Positions 1 to 10,372 of a DNA stretch of 64,000 nucleotides are shown here, piece after piece. The notes below the pieces were generated by a model. That model saw nothing but the letters and a program-made list of their open reading frames with translations, had not been told where the DNA came from and did not search any database. Each line of letters begins with the position of its first letter. The stretch's first letter is position 1. The DNA comes from Thermoanaerobaculia bacterium (lineage in GTDB: Bacteria > Acidobacteriota > Thermoanaerobaculia > Multivoradales > J023): NCBI GenBank assembly GCA_028066595.1, contig JALCBJ010000030.1:8580-72579 (forward strand), in the 5' to 3' direction. Made by a program: the position numbers and the translations under genes.

Positions 1-765
1 GAATGAGGGCTGCGCAGTCTCTGGGGCGATCACGCTGACGAGCGCCCAGAGTATTCCTCCTACTCCGACCGCGAAGGAGATGTGGAATACCAAAGTGGGC
101 CCGAAGAGGCGCGCCGCGTCGCCGAACCGGAGGCGCGGCAAACCCTGAAACCAGGGAGCGGTCGGCCCGAAGCGGCGTAGTCCGGTATCCATGACCCTCC
201 AGCCAAAGACGAGAACCAGAATCCCCCCTGTAGAGGCGAGCCAAACCAGATGGTGGTCGTGGTCCGGTAAGTACGTCGTGCCAGAAGCGAGGAGTATGAG
301 TGCCGCCGCTGCCGTCAGCATGCTCGCCATCTCCAAGATACTGCTAGCCACCAATGCGGTGTGGCTCAGTCCGGCCCGCCTTCCGAGGAGTTGTCGGCTC
401 ACGTAGTGAAAGATGTTTCCCGGCAGGTACTTTGCAACCTGGGAGCGGGCGAACACTTCGTAGCCGCGTCGCAGCGTCGGACGGCAACCATAGAGACCCG
501 CCAGCCACCACCATGCTAAAGCGTTGAGGACACTTAGTGCCGCATACGCCAATGCGCCAGCGGCGGTCCGCCCCAAGAGATGTCCTCCTTCGACGGAGGC
601 TGCGAGCTCGCGGCCGTTGGCGATCAAAGGCCGAAGCACCCAGATCAGACAAGCCGAGGAGAACAGCAGTACGAATGTGCGTACGTAGCGGGTGCGGTCT
701 CCCTCGGGCTCTCCCTCGGGAACCGTCCCACTCACTTCATCGGTATCGATCGCAGACTGTGTCAT
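1..765 (-). CDS. Integral membrane protein, 3' end beyond the window edge (flippase-like / UPF0104-type multi-TM protein); ATG at 765
   Basis: My own translation of the minus strand gives a stop-free frame running off coordinate 1: MTQSAIDTDEVSGTVPEGEPEGDRTRYVRTFVLLFSSACLIWVLRPL...GNIFHYVSRQLLG...LILLASGTTYL...ILVLVFGWRV. It has several hydrophobic segments and high GC3, and is co-directional with the downstream GT2. It is absent from the ORF track, presumably because it lacks a stop inside the window. Confidence 0.45.
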   Translation of the reverse strand, partial: MTQSAIDTDEVSGTVPEGEPEGDRTRYVRTFVLLFSSACLIWVLRPLIANGRELAASVEGGHLLGRTAAGALAYAALSVLNALAWWWLAGLYGCRPTLRRGYEVFARSQVAKYLPGNIFHYVSRQLLGRRAGLSHTALVASSILEMASMLTAAAALILLASGTTYLPDHDHHLVWLASTGGILVLVFGWRVMDTGLRRFGPTAPWFQGLPRLRFGDAARLFGPTLVFHISFAVGVGGILWALVSVIAPETAQPSF

Positions 766-922
766 CGGCAATCCGCTCGGTATATGGCCAAGGGCTGAGG
801 CTGACCTTCGTGCCGGACACTGAACCTACCGATTTGTCGGAGCGGATCCTGAGTACGGTTCTCGTCGCCGAGAATGCCGCAGACGAACTCCCTGGAGTGG
901 TCTGCGAGATCGAATCGAGGTG

Positions 923-1951
923 TCATCCGGAGGATGTCTCTGCTGTTTCGCGGCGGTCTTCCGCAGACAACCGGGGACGGAGCCTCTCGGAATGTAGGAG
1001 GTATCGAGTTTCTTCCAGCAGCTGTCGATTGACGCCTTGCAGGTGCGCCACGATGCCGATGGCGAGCATGAACACACCGCAGATGGCCAGCACACCCGAG
1101 GCCACTACCGACTGGACATGGCCCGTTCCCTCACCGAGCGCCACATAGACGAGGTAGCGAGTCGCGAGAAAGGCCGCCGGAATCAGGAACAGCGCTCCTA
1201 GTAGCCCAAAGATCCGAACCGGGTGGTAGATGACGTAGGTCTTCAGGATGTCGACCACGCTGCGCCGGAGGTAGGAGGGTATGGAGCGGATCAGTCGGCT
1301 CGGACGCGTCGGCCCGTTGACGCGGATCGGTACGTCGACGATGCGCAGGTTGGCGGATCCGGCCTGGATGATCGTCTCCAAGGTATAGGTGTAGCTAGAG
1401 AAGACGTTGAGACGTAGCGCCGCATCAGCCGTGAACGCGCGGAATCCGCTGGGTGCGTCGCGCACCTCGGTGCCACTCACGGTCCGTACCACTCGGCTCC
1501 CGAGGCGCTGCAGGAATCGTTTCAGGGGTGAGAAGTGGCGGATGGCCTGGATCGGGCGGGAGCCGATGACCATGTCGGCTTCCCCTGCGACGATCGGTGC
1601 CACGATCTTCTCGATGTCGTCTGCCTGGTATTGATTGTCCGCATCGGTGTTGACGATCACGTCGGCGGCCAGCTCTGCGGCCGCGAGCAGACCGGCTGTG
1701 AATGCCCGTGCCAAACCCTGGTTCCCATTCATCGGCACCACGTGATCGACGCCGTGCGCTCGGGCAACCGCCGCGGTATCGTCCGTACTGCCATCATCGA
1801 TCACCAACCATTCGACCGAGTCGACGCCCGGAAGCTCGCGAGGAAGGGCCGCGAGCGTAGCCGGCAGTGTCTTGGCCTCGTTGAGGCACGGAATCTGGAT
1901 GATGACTTTCAAGATAGATCCGTCGCGGTAGCTCTTTGTCGGGCTGCGCAT
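923..1951 (-). CDS. Family-2 glycosyltransferase, polyprenyl-phosphate sugar synthase-like (DPM1/ArnC/GtrB type) with a C-terminal TM anchor
   Basis: ORF 923..2197, trimmed to the internal start MRSPTKSYRDGSILKVIIQIPCLNE. GT2 motifs present: VIDDGSTDDT and NTDADNQY (DxD). The C-terminal hydrophobic helices are typical of DPM synthase/GtrB. Confidence 0.8.
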   Translation of the reverse strand: MRSPTKSYRDGSILKVIIQIPCLNEAKTLPATLAALPRELPGVDSVEWLVIDDGSTDDTAAVARAHGVDHVVPMNGNQGLARAFTAGLLAAAELAADVIVNTDADNQYQADDIEKIVAPIVAGEADMVIGSRPIQAIRHFSPLKRFLQRLGSRVVRTVSGTEVRDAPSGFRAFTADAALRLNVFSSYTYTLETIIQAGSANLRIVDVPIRVNGPTRPSRLIRSIPSYLRRSVVDILKTYVIYHPVRIFGLLGALFLIPAAFLATRYLVYVALGEGTGHVQSVVASGVLAICGVFMLAIGIVAHLQGVNRQLLEETRYLLHSERLRPRLSAEDRRETAETSSG

Positions 1952-2103
1952 CGCCTCCGCGTCGACCTCGACCGGTCGCCGTGGCCGCCACAGTCTCGCC
2001 GACCGGCTGGGCCGGGTCAACCGACAGGTACGAGGGCCCGCGCGAAGTGCCCTCGATCTCGTTGTTCCCGGTTCCGGCCGTTTGTTCGCTTGGAATGCCG
2101 GAG

Positions 2104-5100
2104 TCAGTCGCCCCCGCGAAGGACAGCGCTCTCCACGATCACAGACCGGTCCGTTCGTAGCTCCAGGCCGTCCACGTTCCCCTGCCACCAACGCCATTGG
2201 GTGCTGAGTCGGACCAGATAGTCGTCGCGACCAGAACGATCTTGCAGTAGAGCGAACGAGAAAGAGCTCGCGGGCTCGCCCCAGGTCAGCGAGATGGTGG
2301 GGGGGCTCTGTGCCGCGTCGTCCTCGGTTCGGATTTCCAGGTGGAGGTAGGCGCCGAGGGCGACATCGAAGATCAGATCTTCGGGAAAACGTAGATCGAG
2401 GGGCTCGCCACTCTCCATCTCTACCGGCTCGTCGAGGAGGTCGGCGAGTATCCGAGTCGTCGTGGCTGCCTTCAGCGGATCGTGCCGAGCCCAGATCGCC
2501 GGCAATGCATCGAGATCGAAGTTCTGCGCCAATTCCTCGTCGCGCAGTGGCCGATGGGATGAGCCACGCCCGCGGACGCGGACCTCCCGGATGGTCAGGG
2601 TCGATCCTTGGGGTGGATCGAAGCGAAGGTCTGTGAGCTGTCTTCCCTGTCCACCTGGTATTTCCAGCGTGACGATCCCGTCAGCTGCATCTTCGGGCAA
2701 GAACCAAGCGTGGGACTCTGCCGCGAAATACTGATCATCGAAGCCGAAGAACATCTGGATGGGCTCGTCGGCGGTGGATTCCATTCGCAGCTCGACCTGC
2801 CAGTCGTTGTGTGTGTAGAGATCGGGCAACGGCGTGGTGTCGAAGATGCCGAAAACGTGACCACCCGATGTCTTCCCTACGACACGAATCGCCCCGTCGG
2901 CTTGGAAGTTCGCAGTAGCTCCATATTCCTCCGCGCTGGAAGTGGATTCCAGAGTCCACTCACGGGTGTCTGCCGTGGTGGGCCAGGGAATCAGACGATT
3001 CCTGCGCCACCAGATCTGGTATTTGCCCACCGCTGCCGCAGGCCGGTAGTTCTCATAGAGCCACTCCGCCACCCGATAGCAGCGAACTTCGTTCGGCACT
3101 CCGTCTGTGGCATCCCAGAAGGCGTTGCCTTGCTTGAAGATCACCAGGGGTAGGCGGTCCGCTGCGGCGTAGACCGAAAGATCTCGTAGGGTTCGTGCCT
3201 GGACGGTCTCCGAAGTCTGAAGGAGGTTAGGAATAATGTAGGTTGGAAACTCGCGCTCGGCCAAAGCGTAGAGAAGAGGCGCGTTCGAGAAGTCGAAGAA
3301 GGTCTCATCTGGCTCAAGATGTCGATCGAGGAAGTCCAGCAGAGCACGATGACGACCGTCCGCGAAGCGCACCCTAGGCTCCCCTTCTTGGAATCGGTGG
3401 AAGCGAAAGAGGGTATCTCCCTGGCGCAGCGCGATTCCTAGGGGTGACGAGATGTCTTGCCGGGCTGGCGGAAGCGCGAAGAGTGACGTGGTCACCAGGA
3501 CGGCCGCGAAGACCGCCCGGCTGGAGGGGCGCTCGAACCGGCCGCCGTTGCGTTGGAACAACAGCGGAAGCAGGGCTAGTAGTAGTACCGAAAGGTAGGG
3601 GTTGAAAGCTTCGATGAGCGAGTGCCGTTCCATGGACCGAACTGAGATCACCAGCGAGAACGCGGCCAGGAAGGTCAGTAGCTGGAGACGGGTCGAGACC
3701 CACCGCCTTTGCAGAAGCTGGCGAGCAGTCAGGACGACGATGTACAGCAAAGCGACAGCCGGCACGAGGTAGTACTGCAGGACAGCTGCAGCGGTGTAGC
3801 TCTCGATCACTTCCGGACGCGTTCTCGTAAGCAACCGGTAGGAGTACGATTGGAAGAAAAAGCCGATAGTCTCGAAGAGGCGGGGGCCAGCCAGCAGCCT
3901 TGCCGTGGCGATCGACACGACGAAACCCGAAACCATCCAGGCCGCTGCTCTGGCGGCTGCTCGGCGGCGGTGGGCACCTCGCAGGAGATGTAGGCCGACC
4001 ACACCTGCGGCAGCTACGGACGCTGCCAGGCCGAAATCGATGCGCCAAAGGAGCACAGCCACTAGGGCGCAGGCCAAAGCAACGAAACGAGCAGTGGTCG
4101 GCCGTCGCAGGGCCTTGGCCAGAAAGATCGCCGGGAGCAGCACGATGGCGTAGTAAGGCCTGAAGGTGGACAGCACGGGTAGGAACAGGCAGGCGAGGAG
4201 GGCATATCCTGGTGAGAAGATCCTCGCCAATACGAAATAGGCGAGCATCAATCCGACGAGGTTTTTCAGGCCATGGCTCCAGATAAGTAGGTCCAGGCCC
4301 TGGACACCGTGGAACATGGCGTAGAGCCACTCGTACGCCATGTCGGAGAAAGTATGGGTCAGGCGCAGATCCAGCAGAGGTACCTTGGAGAACTGCAGGA
4401 GCTGCTGTGTCGGCAGTACGCTCTCACCCAGATGAAAGTAGTCGAGGTTGCCCAGGTGACGATGCGAGGGATGAAATCGCAGTAGTCCGACGGTAAAGAC
4501 CGTGAGGCCGAAGTAGACGTACAAGAGCCGATCGGAAACGCTACGGCGAACGTCCGCAGATGCATGTCGACGAAGCGGATTCCAGTGGTAGAGACCGACC
4601 GTCGAGGCCACCAACAGCAGAATCAGGACCAGGGCCACCCTCCTCGGATCGAGTGAGCGGAAGGCAGCCTGGACTTCGTTGGCCAGGGGCAGCGATGCGG
4701 GAACGAGCAGCCAAGGAATGACGGAGGCCATTAGGCGCGTGGACTCGGCACGACCGGTCGTTCGAGCGAGTCGGTAGCCCACGAGCCACAATGTGAGCAG
4801 CCACAACAAGGCCCAGAGGGTGTACCACATCGCGGTAGGAGCGCCTTGGAACCCCAACGGACGATCCGTGACGACCCAAACTACGAAGAATGCCGGCACT
4901 GGCCAGAATAGGGTGGCTACCAAGAACGATCGATCCACCCGTCGTAGAGGCTCGATCATCGAGAAAGAGGCAAACCACCGGTGGTTGCGGATGATCAGCA
5001 CGCCGATTGCGAGTACCGAGAGAAAGGCAAGCAGTATTGTCAGCGGACGCAGATCCACCCCGGCCGGGAAGAAGACATCGTAGATGGCGAGCGCTGCCCA

Positions 5101-5478
5101 GATTTCGGTCAGGCGGGCGATCCATCGATGTTCGGGCGCGTCAACTGTGGCGAACCCATCGATCCATCGACGGAGCCAACGAGCTCCGCCGTAGGCCACC
5201 AAAGAAACCAGGGCAAGGAGCACCTGGAGCCGTATGAAGCCGTGCGCATAGCCGGACGAATCCACTCCGGCGAGGGTCGCCATGCCGATGGCACGGTCGA
5301 AGAAGTGCTCCAGATCGGCTGCGTTGTGGAAGAGGCCGATGATCGGCCCCCGAAGTAGAGACAGCGCGATCGCGAGAGCCAAGCTGACGGGCCACGAACG
5401 GCCGTCCACCAGAGACTCCGGTGACGAGGCGAGGCGAGGATCGCGAGGCTTGATCAGGGGGGCGGCTCGGGTGGACAC
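2104..5478 (-). CDS. Very large polytopic membrane protein (about 20+ predicted TM helices followed by a ~400-aa soluble C-terminal domain); putative GT-C-type (Emb/AftD/PMT-like) glycosyltransferase
   Basis: 1124-aa ORF. The N-terminal ~700 aa are almost entirely hydrophobic helices and the C-terminal ~400 aa are hydrophilic. Placement directly upstream of a polyprenyl-P-sugar synthase-like GT2 and a flippase-like protein supports a GT-C role; this is inference, I recognised no motif. Confidence 0.55.
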   Translation of the reverse strand: MSTRAAPLIKPRDPRLASSPESLVDGRSWPVSLALAIALSLLRGPIIGLFHNAADLEHFFDRAIGMATLAGVDSSGYAHGFIRLQVLLALVSLVAYGGARWLRRWIDGFATVDAPEHRWIARLTEIWAALAIYDVFFPAGVDLRPLTILLAFLSVLAIGVLIIRNHRWFASFSMIEPLRRVDRSFLVATLFWPVPAFFVVWVVTDRPLGFQGAPTAMWYTLWALLWLLTLWLVGYRLARTTGRAESTRLMASVIPWLLVPASLPLANEVQAAFRSLDPRRVALVLILLLVASTVGLYHWNPLRRHASADVRRSVSDRLLYVYFGLTVFTVGLLRFHPSHRHLGNLDYFHLGESVLPTQQLLQFSKVPLLDLRLTHTFSDMAYEWLYAMFHGVQGLDLLIWSHGLKNLVGLMLAYFVLARIFSPGYALLACLFLPVLSTFRPYYAIVLLPAIFLAKALRRPTTARFVALACALVAVLLWRIDFGLAASVAAAGVVGLHLLRGAHRRRAAARAAAWMVSGFVVSIATARLLAGPRLFETIGFFFQSYSYRLLTRTRPEVIESYTAAAVLQYYLVPAVALLYIVVLTARQLLQRRWVSTRLQLLTFLAAFSLVISVRSMERHSLIEAFNPYLSVLLLALLPLLFQRNGGRFERPSSRAVFAAVLVTTSLFALPPARQDISSPLGIALRQGDTLFRFHRFQEGEPRVRFADGRHRALLDFLDRHLEPDETFFDFSNAPLLYALAEREFPTYIIPNLLQTSETVQARTLRDLSVYAAADRLPLVIFKQGNAFWDATDGVPNEVRCYRVAEWLYENYRPAAAVGKYQIWWRRNRLIPWPTTADTREWTLESTSSAEEYGATANFQADGAIRVVGKTSGGHVFGIFDTTPLPDLYTHNDWQVELRMESTADEPIQMFFGFDDQYFAAESHAWFLPEDAADGIVTLEIPGGQGRQLTDLRFDPPQGSTLTIREVRVRGRGSSHRPLRDEELAQNFDLDALPAIWARHDPLKAATTTRILADLLDEPVEMESGEPLDLRFPEDLIFDVALGAYLHLEIRTEDDAAQSPPTISLTWGEPASSFSFALLQDRSGRDDYLVRLSTQWRWWQGNVDGLELRTDRSVIVESAVLRGGD

Positions 5479-5507
5479 GAGCCGTGATCATACATAGCCG
5501 CGACAGA

Positions 5508-6764
5508 TCAGCCCAGGAGGTGGCTGGGCGGTGCCTCGACCGCCCAACCCGGGAAGAGAGACTTGCCTGGATCGAGTCGAAAGTGCTTTGTCGCCACTTC
5601 TTGGAATACGGTGCGAAAGTCGAGACCCACGGGGAGATCACGGCCCTCGAATAGGTTTTCCGGTGCCAACTTGGGAACGCTTCCGTGAACACGACCGCCT
5701 TCCACTTCACCTCCGAGGAGAAACAGGCATGAGCCGTGACCGTGGTCGGTGCCGCCCGTGCCGTTCTCGGCAACCGTGCGACCAAACTCGGTCATCGTCA
5801 TCAGGGTCACCTCGGCGCGATGGCGGCCCAGATCGTGCCAAAAGGCGGAGATCGAGCGGGCCAGATCGCCGGCTCGGGCCGCGAAGCTGCCGCGATCGCT
5901 TCCCTGTTGTACGTGGGTATCCCATCCGCCCGATTCGGCGAACGCGACTTGTAGTCCGACGTCCGATTTCACCAGGAAGGCGATCTGCATCAGAGCCCGG
6001 CCGAGGGGTGAGCTCGGGTAGTCGGCGCCGCTGGCGGGGCGGTAGTTTCTTACATCCAGTGCCTTCAGTGTTTCCACCGCCTCGAAGGTCTCGGCACCGG
6101 TGTCTCTAAGGAGGTCCTGCGAGGTCTGCTCGTAGAGTGCTTCGAAGCCCTGGCCGGCTGCCTGTGCGGCGCTGTGATTCCCTGGTAGCTCGACATCGAA
6201 TGTGCGCAGGTTGGTGACGGCGAGGGCGGGCTCGTTTCCATACAACGAGCGGGGAAGAGCCGGCGTCAGCGATACGGCTCGGAACGGCGTCGTGTCGTGG
6301 CCGAGACGTCCGACCACCCGGTTGAGCCAACCATCGGGTGTGCCTTTGCGGCCCGGAGTACCCGTTTCCATGTAATCCTGCGCATCGAAGTGTGATCGGG
6401 TGGAGGAAGGGGATCCGACTCCGTGAACGACTCCGAGGACTCCTTCGCGATATAGCGGTAGGAGGTCGCCGAAAGCTGGGTGAAGTCCGTAGCCGTTGCC
6501 GAGGTCCACCACTCGATCTCTCGATCGGCCGAGGCTCGACCCACCGGCGGGCAGATGTAGCCGTGGCCGAAGGCTCTGCAGCCTGGGATCGGTGAGTGGG
6601 GGCACTGCCGCGAGCCCGTCCATCGCACCGCGCTGGAAGATCGTCACCAGGACTTTGGGGCGGCGCCCGTTTGCACGCGCCGCGCGTTCGAGGAAGGTGG
6701 GCCCCGCGCCGACGGTGATCAAGGCGATGGCTCCGGACTTGAGGAAGGCTCTGCGGTCGAGCAT
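5508..6764 (-). CDS. DUF1501 family protein with a twin-arginine (Tat) signal
   Basis: N-terminus MLDRRAFLKSGAIALI is a Tat motif. The body matches the sulfatase-like DUF1501 family (GGWDTH..., TEFGRT...GTDHG). It is paired with the upstream DUF1800 gene, as is usual for this family. Confidence 0.8.
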   Translation of the reverse strand: MLDRRAFLKSGAIALITVGAGPTFLERAARANGRRPKVLVTIFQRGAMDGLAAVPPLTDPRLQSLRPRLHLPAGGSSLGRSRDRVVDLGNGYGLHPAFGDLLPLYREGVLGVVHGVGSPSSTRSHFDAQDYMETGTPGRKGTPDGWLNRVVGRLGHDTTPFRAVSLTPALPRSLYGNEPALAVTNLRTFDVELPGNHSAAQAAGQGFEALYEQTSQDLLRDTGAETFEAVETLKALDVRNYRPASGADYPSSPLGRALMQIAFLVKSDVGLQVAFAESGGWDTHVQQGSDRGSFAARAGDLARSISAFWHDLGRHRAEVTLMTMTEFGRTVAENGTGGTDHGHGSCLFLLGGEVEGGRVHGSVPKLAPENLFEGRDLPVGLDFRTVFQEVATKHFRLDPGKSLFPGWAVEAPPSHLLG

Positions 6765-6802
6765 GTCGGACTCCTGTGATCGGGTAGGTGTCGATGCGGC
6801 GG

Positions 6803-8872
6803 CTATCGGCGCTGGAACTCAGGTGAGCCGAGGATTACGCCGACGACGTGGGCGGTGAAGCTGTCATCCGGATGGGTTGCTGGCGCCGCTCGCCTTGCTC
6901 GGAGATCGCGCCGTCCGGGTCCTCGTGTGACGTCCCAGTCGGCGTCGCTCGAGACGTCGGTACCCCGGCCACCGGTCCGATCTCTTTCTGCCAAGGGATT
7001 CCAGGTGTTGTCCTCGTCGTCATCGGGCGCAGCTCGGGCGACCTTGTCGGCAAGGTCCGGATCCTGTATCACCGGCAGCAGTCTGCGCATGGTGGGTTCG
7101 GGATCCCGTTCCGGAATCAGGAAGGTGAGCCAATGACGCAATTGCTCCTCCGGTGACGTCTCGTCAGGCGGGTGGCCGGTGTATCGATCGAGCTCTACGC
7201 GAATACCCGCGACCCTTCCCGTGGCGAGCTGGAGACCGAAGTTCATTCGTTGGAGCAGGGCTCCGGTGTTCACCCATGCCTCGGCGCGGTCCGGGAAACC
7301 TGTGGGGGCTTGATACGCGTAGAGCGGTTGACCCATACGCCGGATCCACTCCAGGGTCTCTCGAGGGTCCGAGGAGTGGGCATCGAGTGCACGCAACGCC
7401 GAGATGGTCAGCTCGAATGGGGACTTGATCTTCTGGCCGATTGAGTCGGCCGACCAGAACTCAGGCGATGCGACCAGCTCCGCCAGCATGGCTCGGATAT
7501 CTCCTCCGGACGCTTGATAGATCTTCGCCAGCCGGTCGATGAGAGATCGCGGTGGCTGATCAGAAACGAACCGGATCGCTAGCTTGGTGGAGAGATGCTG
7601 GGCGGTGGACGGATGGTTCGCCAGAAGGTCCAGGACGTCCTCGCCGTCCTCGACACCCCGCCCCGCAGGCAGCTCGCGACCGAGAACGAGCTTGCGCTCC
7701 GCATCGTGGGCGTCCGGGCGGAAAAGAAAGGCATTTTCGATCACGAATCCGGCACGTGTACGTAGGCCTGCTCGGGCCCGTTCCAGTCGCTCCGGCAGTC
7801 CACGAGGTGGCACGACAGTCCAGCCCGTGAAGGATCGGGCCACCTCCACAACATCCTCTTGGGTGTAGCCGCCGTCCACGCCGAGGGTGTGAAGCTCCAT
7901 GAGCTCCCGGGCATAGTTCTCGTTCAGACCTGTGGCCCGTTGCCGGCCTCCTTGCGAGTCGCGCTGCCGCTGGTCGCGTAGCTCGGCCCGCCTCGGGCCA
8001 TTGATTCCACGACGACCTCGCCTCTCCGAGGCTCTTCTCGAGCGCAGGTCCCAGGTTGTCGTGGTGTCCTTCTCGGCCACACTGAGTGCGTTGTCGAGGT
8101 AGAGCAGCATGGCGGGGTGACGGGCGGTGGCTCCCAGCATGTCGTGGAACGAGCCAGCGACATGAGGCCGGATGGCGTCGCGCTCGTAGGGCCAGAGAAA
8201 GATGCGGGCCCGGTTGTCCGTAAGCGAGACGTTGAAGTGGTTGAACCAGAAGTCGGTGAGGACCTCGTGCAGCTGGTTCTCGGAATGCCGGGCGCGCGCC
8301 AGCTTCTGGATCATCAGGTCGGCCAGGGCTTCGCGCTGCGAGCCGAATCCCTTTTCTTCGGCAAGGGCACGGACTGCCCGTCGCTGCTCGGCCCTCTTCC
8401 GAGGCTCGGTTCCGGATCCCTCTGCCGGTAGGGCGGCAGCCGTGTCGCCCTCGGGCGACTCGATCACACCTTCTTGGATCGCCATACGCCGGACGGCCCC
8501 GGGAGACGGATATCGTCGCGCCAGCTCCAGAGCGTCCAGCTCGAAGGTCGCTAGACCCTCCAGGAAGCGATCGAGCTCAGGTGTTGCCAAGCCGCCGTCG
8601 AGTTGCTGCTCGAACCAGGTTTCCAAGCCGATCGCCAAGACCCGGTCGAGGTCGCCGGGTCGAGCGCCGAAGGTAAAGCGGTCGAGCAGATGAGCCGCAG
8701 CCTGGCGTTCCGTCAAGCCTGCCTGTCGCCAGGGCATCTCGATGGAGGAGTCGGCGGAGCCGGTGTGCCCGATATCGGCAGCCAAGGCCCAGCCGGGTAG
8801 TGCCAGCCAAGCGATGAGTAGGGCGAGGTGCCGGTGAGTCGGTGGATGAACAGCGCTGATTCGCGACGGCAT
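6803..8872 (-). CDS. DUF1800 family secreted protein (partner of DUF1501)
   Basis: 689-aa ORF with a signal peptide (MPSRISAVHPPTHRHLALLIAWLALPGWALAA). The early conserved DRFTFGARPGDLD stretch is typical of DUF1800. It lies immediately upstream of the DUF1501 gene. Confidence 0.75.
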   Translation of the reverse strand: MPSRISAVHPPTHRHLALLIAWLALPGWALAADIGHTGSADSSIEMPWRQAGLTERQAAAHLLDRFTFGARPGDLDRVLAIGLETWFEQQLDGGLATPELDRFLEGLATFELDALELARRYPSPGAVRRMAIQEGVIESPEGDTAAALPAEGSGTEPRKRAEQRRAVRALAEEKGFGSQREALADLMIQKLARARHSENQLHEVLTDFWFNHFNVSLTDNRARIFLWPYERDAIRPHVAGSFHDMLGATARHPAMLLYLDNALSVAEKDTTTTWDLRSRRASERRGRRGINGPRRAELRDQRQRDSQGGRQRATGLNENYARELMELHTLGVDGGYTQEDVVEVARSFTGWTVVPPRGLPERLERARAGLRTRAGFVIENAFLFRPDAHDAERKLVLGRELPAGRGVEDGEDVLDLLANHPSTAQHLSTKLAIRFVSDQPPRSLIDRLAKIYQASGGDIRAMLAELVASPEFWSADSIGQKIKSPFELTISALRALDAHSSDPRETLEWIRRMGQPLYAYQAPTGFPDRAEAWVNTGALLQRMNFGLQLATGRVAGIRVELDRYTGHPPDETSPEEQLRHWLTFLIPERDPEPTMRRLLPVIQDPDLADKVARAAPDDDEDNTWNPLAERDRTGGRGTDVSSDADWDVTRGPGRRDLRARRAAPATHPDDSFTAHVVGVILGSPEFQRR

Positions 8873-9094
8873 GGTGTCTCCGGTCTGGGCAGGGATCGCG
8901 AGTCGTTTCGTCGACCTGCAGGATGCAACCCATGACTCGGATGTTTCTTGCGCTCATCCGGGTGAATCTGTCGCGAGCGGCAAGCAGTCCGGGCGAGCAG
9001 GTCGCAACTCCGCCGGGATTGGTCTGGCAGGTGCGCTCAGTGCTCGGCCAGGGCCGACTCCCCCTAGCGCCAGAAGCTCAGCTTCTGGAATGCC

Positions 9095-10372
9095 TTAGTG
9101 GGGATCGGAGGCGCGCCGTTGCGGTGCCCTCTCGGGCTCTGTGCCCGAGGGGCCCACCACGCGGTTTCGGCCGCCCTGCTTGGCGCGATAAAGCCGCTCG
9201 TCGGCCAGGCGCAAGGCCTCCGACAAGTCGCTTCCGTCGTCGGGCCAAACCGCGACACCGATCGACACCGTAACCCGGACCACTTTTCCCTTCTCCAGGT
9301 GGATCGGGGTTCCCTCCATGCGGGCGCGCAGGATCTCGAGACGGTTGATTGCATCCTGGATGTTCATGCCTGGGAAGATGCCTGCGAACTCTTCGCCTCC
9401 GTAGCGGGCTACGAGGTCGGTGGTCCGAAACTGATTCGAAAGCACACGGGCGACGCTGACAAGGGCGATATCCCCGGCCTGATGACCATACGAGTCGTTG
9501 AACTTCTTGAAGTGGTCGACGTCGATCATCACCACAGCCACCGGATCGCCCGAGCGCGACGCGATGGCACCGATACGGTGGATGCTCTCGTTGAAGAAAC
9601 CTCGGTTCGCCAGATTGGTCAGGCGATCGCGATTAGAACGTGCCCGCTGTTCTTTGGCGCGAACCACGACCGTGGTGGCGAGAAGAGTCGCCATCGCGAG
9701 CAGGACGCCGCGTCCGATCTGGGAGGTCCAGCTGAACTGCTCCGCGAGAATCGGTGAGGTGGCAGCGTCGTTCAGATCCCACAACCACTCGGTGTAGTAG
9801 ACCAAACCGAGGTACTGCACCACCGCCGTGGTGCCGGCGAGGATACAGACTCTCCAGTCGTAACGCAGACTGGTCGCTCCGATGGCCAAGAAGTAGACCG
9901 GAAAGATCAGGAGGTCGTTGGTCACCTGCAGCGGTTGACCCAGCCGGAGGAAAATGAATAGGGAGAGAGTGACCAGAGACACGTCGATGATGCCGCTGAA
10001 GAAACCTATCCACCCCCGTCCCCAACTGCGCATGACCGCTGAATACACGATCAGGGCCTCGGCGAGGGCGGCAACGGCGAGCCAAAGAATGGCCTCCCGT
10101 CCACGCTCGTTGGGGGAATCGAAGTAGGTGCGGAGAGGGAAATAGAGGATCAGCACGATGATCAGCAGCCGCACGCCTGCGATCAACCATTCTCCCCGTT
10201 GCCCTGCATCGACCAGATCCGGATCCGGTGGGGCCCAGATGCGCCGGAACCAGGCCAGGAATCCGTCGGTCTTCTTCCCTGGCCGAGCCTGGCCAGCCCC
10301 GTGGGAATGTAGCGGTGGTTTGTGGGAGGTCTCGACCACGGTCGCCTGGCCGGGTGCTCCCGAAACGCTCAT
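9095..10372 (-). CDS. Membrane-anchored diguanylate cyclase (multi-TM N-terminal domain + GGDEF)
   Basis: C-terminal GGDEF domain: RYGGEEFAGIF, with DVDHFKKFNDSYGH and an upstream RxxD-like region. The N-terminal half carries five or six hydrophobic helices. Confidence 0.8.
   Translation of the reverse strand: MSVSGAPGQATVVETSHKPPLHSHGAGQARPGKKTDGFLAWFRRIWAPPDPDLVDAGQRGEWLIAGVRLLIIVLILYFPLRTYFDSPNERGREAILWLAVAALAEALIVYSAVMRSWGRGWIGFFSGIIDVSLVTLSLFIFLRLGQPLQVTNDLLIFPVYFLAIGATSLRYDWRVCILAGTTAVVQYLGLVYYTEWLWDLNDAATSPILAEQFSWTSQIGRGVLLAMATLLATTVVVRAKEQRARSNRDRLTNLANRGFFNESIHRIGAIASRSGDPVAVVMIDVDHFKKFNDSYGHQAGDIALVSVARVLSNQFRTTDLVARYGGEEFAGIFPGMNIQDAINRLEILRARMEGTPIHLEKGKVVRVTVSIGVAVWPDDGSDLSEALRLADERLYRAKQGGRNRVVGPSGTEPERAPQRRASDPH

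Noticed and set aside
1223-1634. Short ORFs (1223..1417, 1291..1476, 1407..1634) inside the GT2 gene.
   Set aside because: They are in alternate or antisense frames of a well-supported GT2 CDS.
8873-9094. 220-bp intergenic region, checked for an ncRNA or tRNA.
   Set aside because: No tRNA-like stems or conserved riboswitch-like motifs recognisable by eye. Most likely the DUF1800 promoter and the GGDEF terminator.
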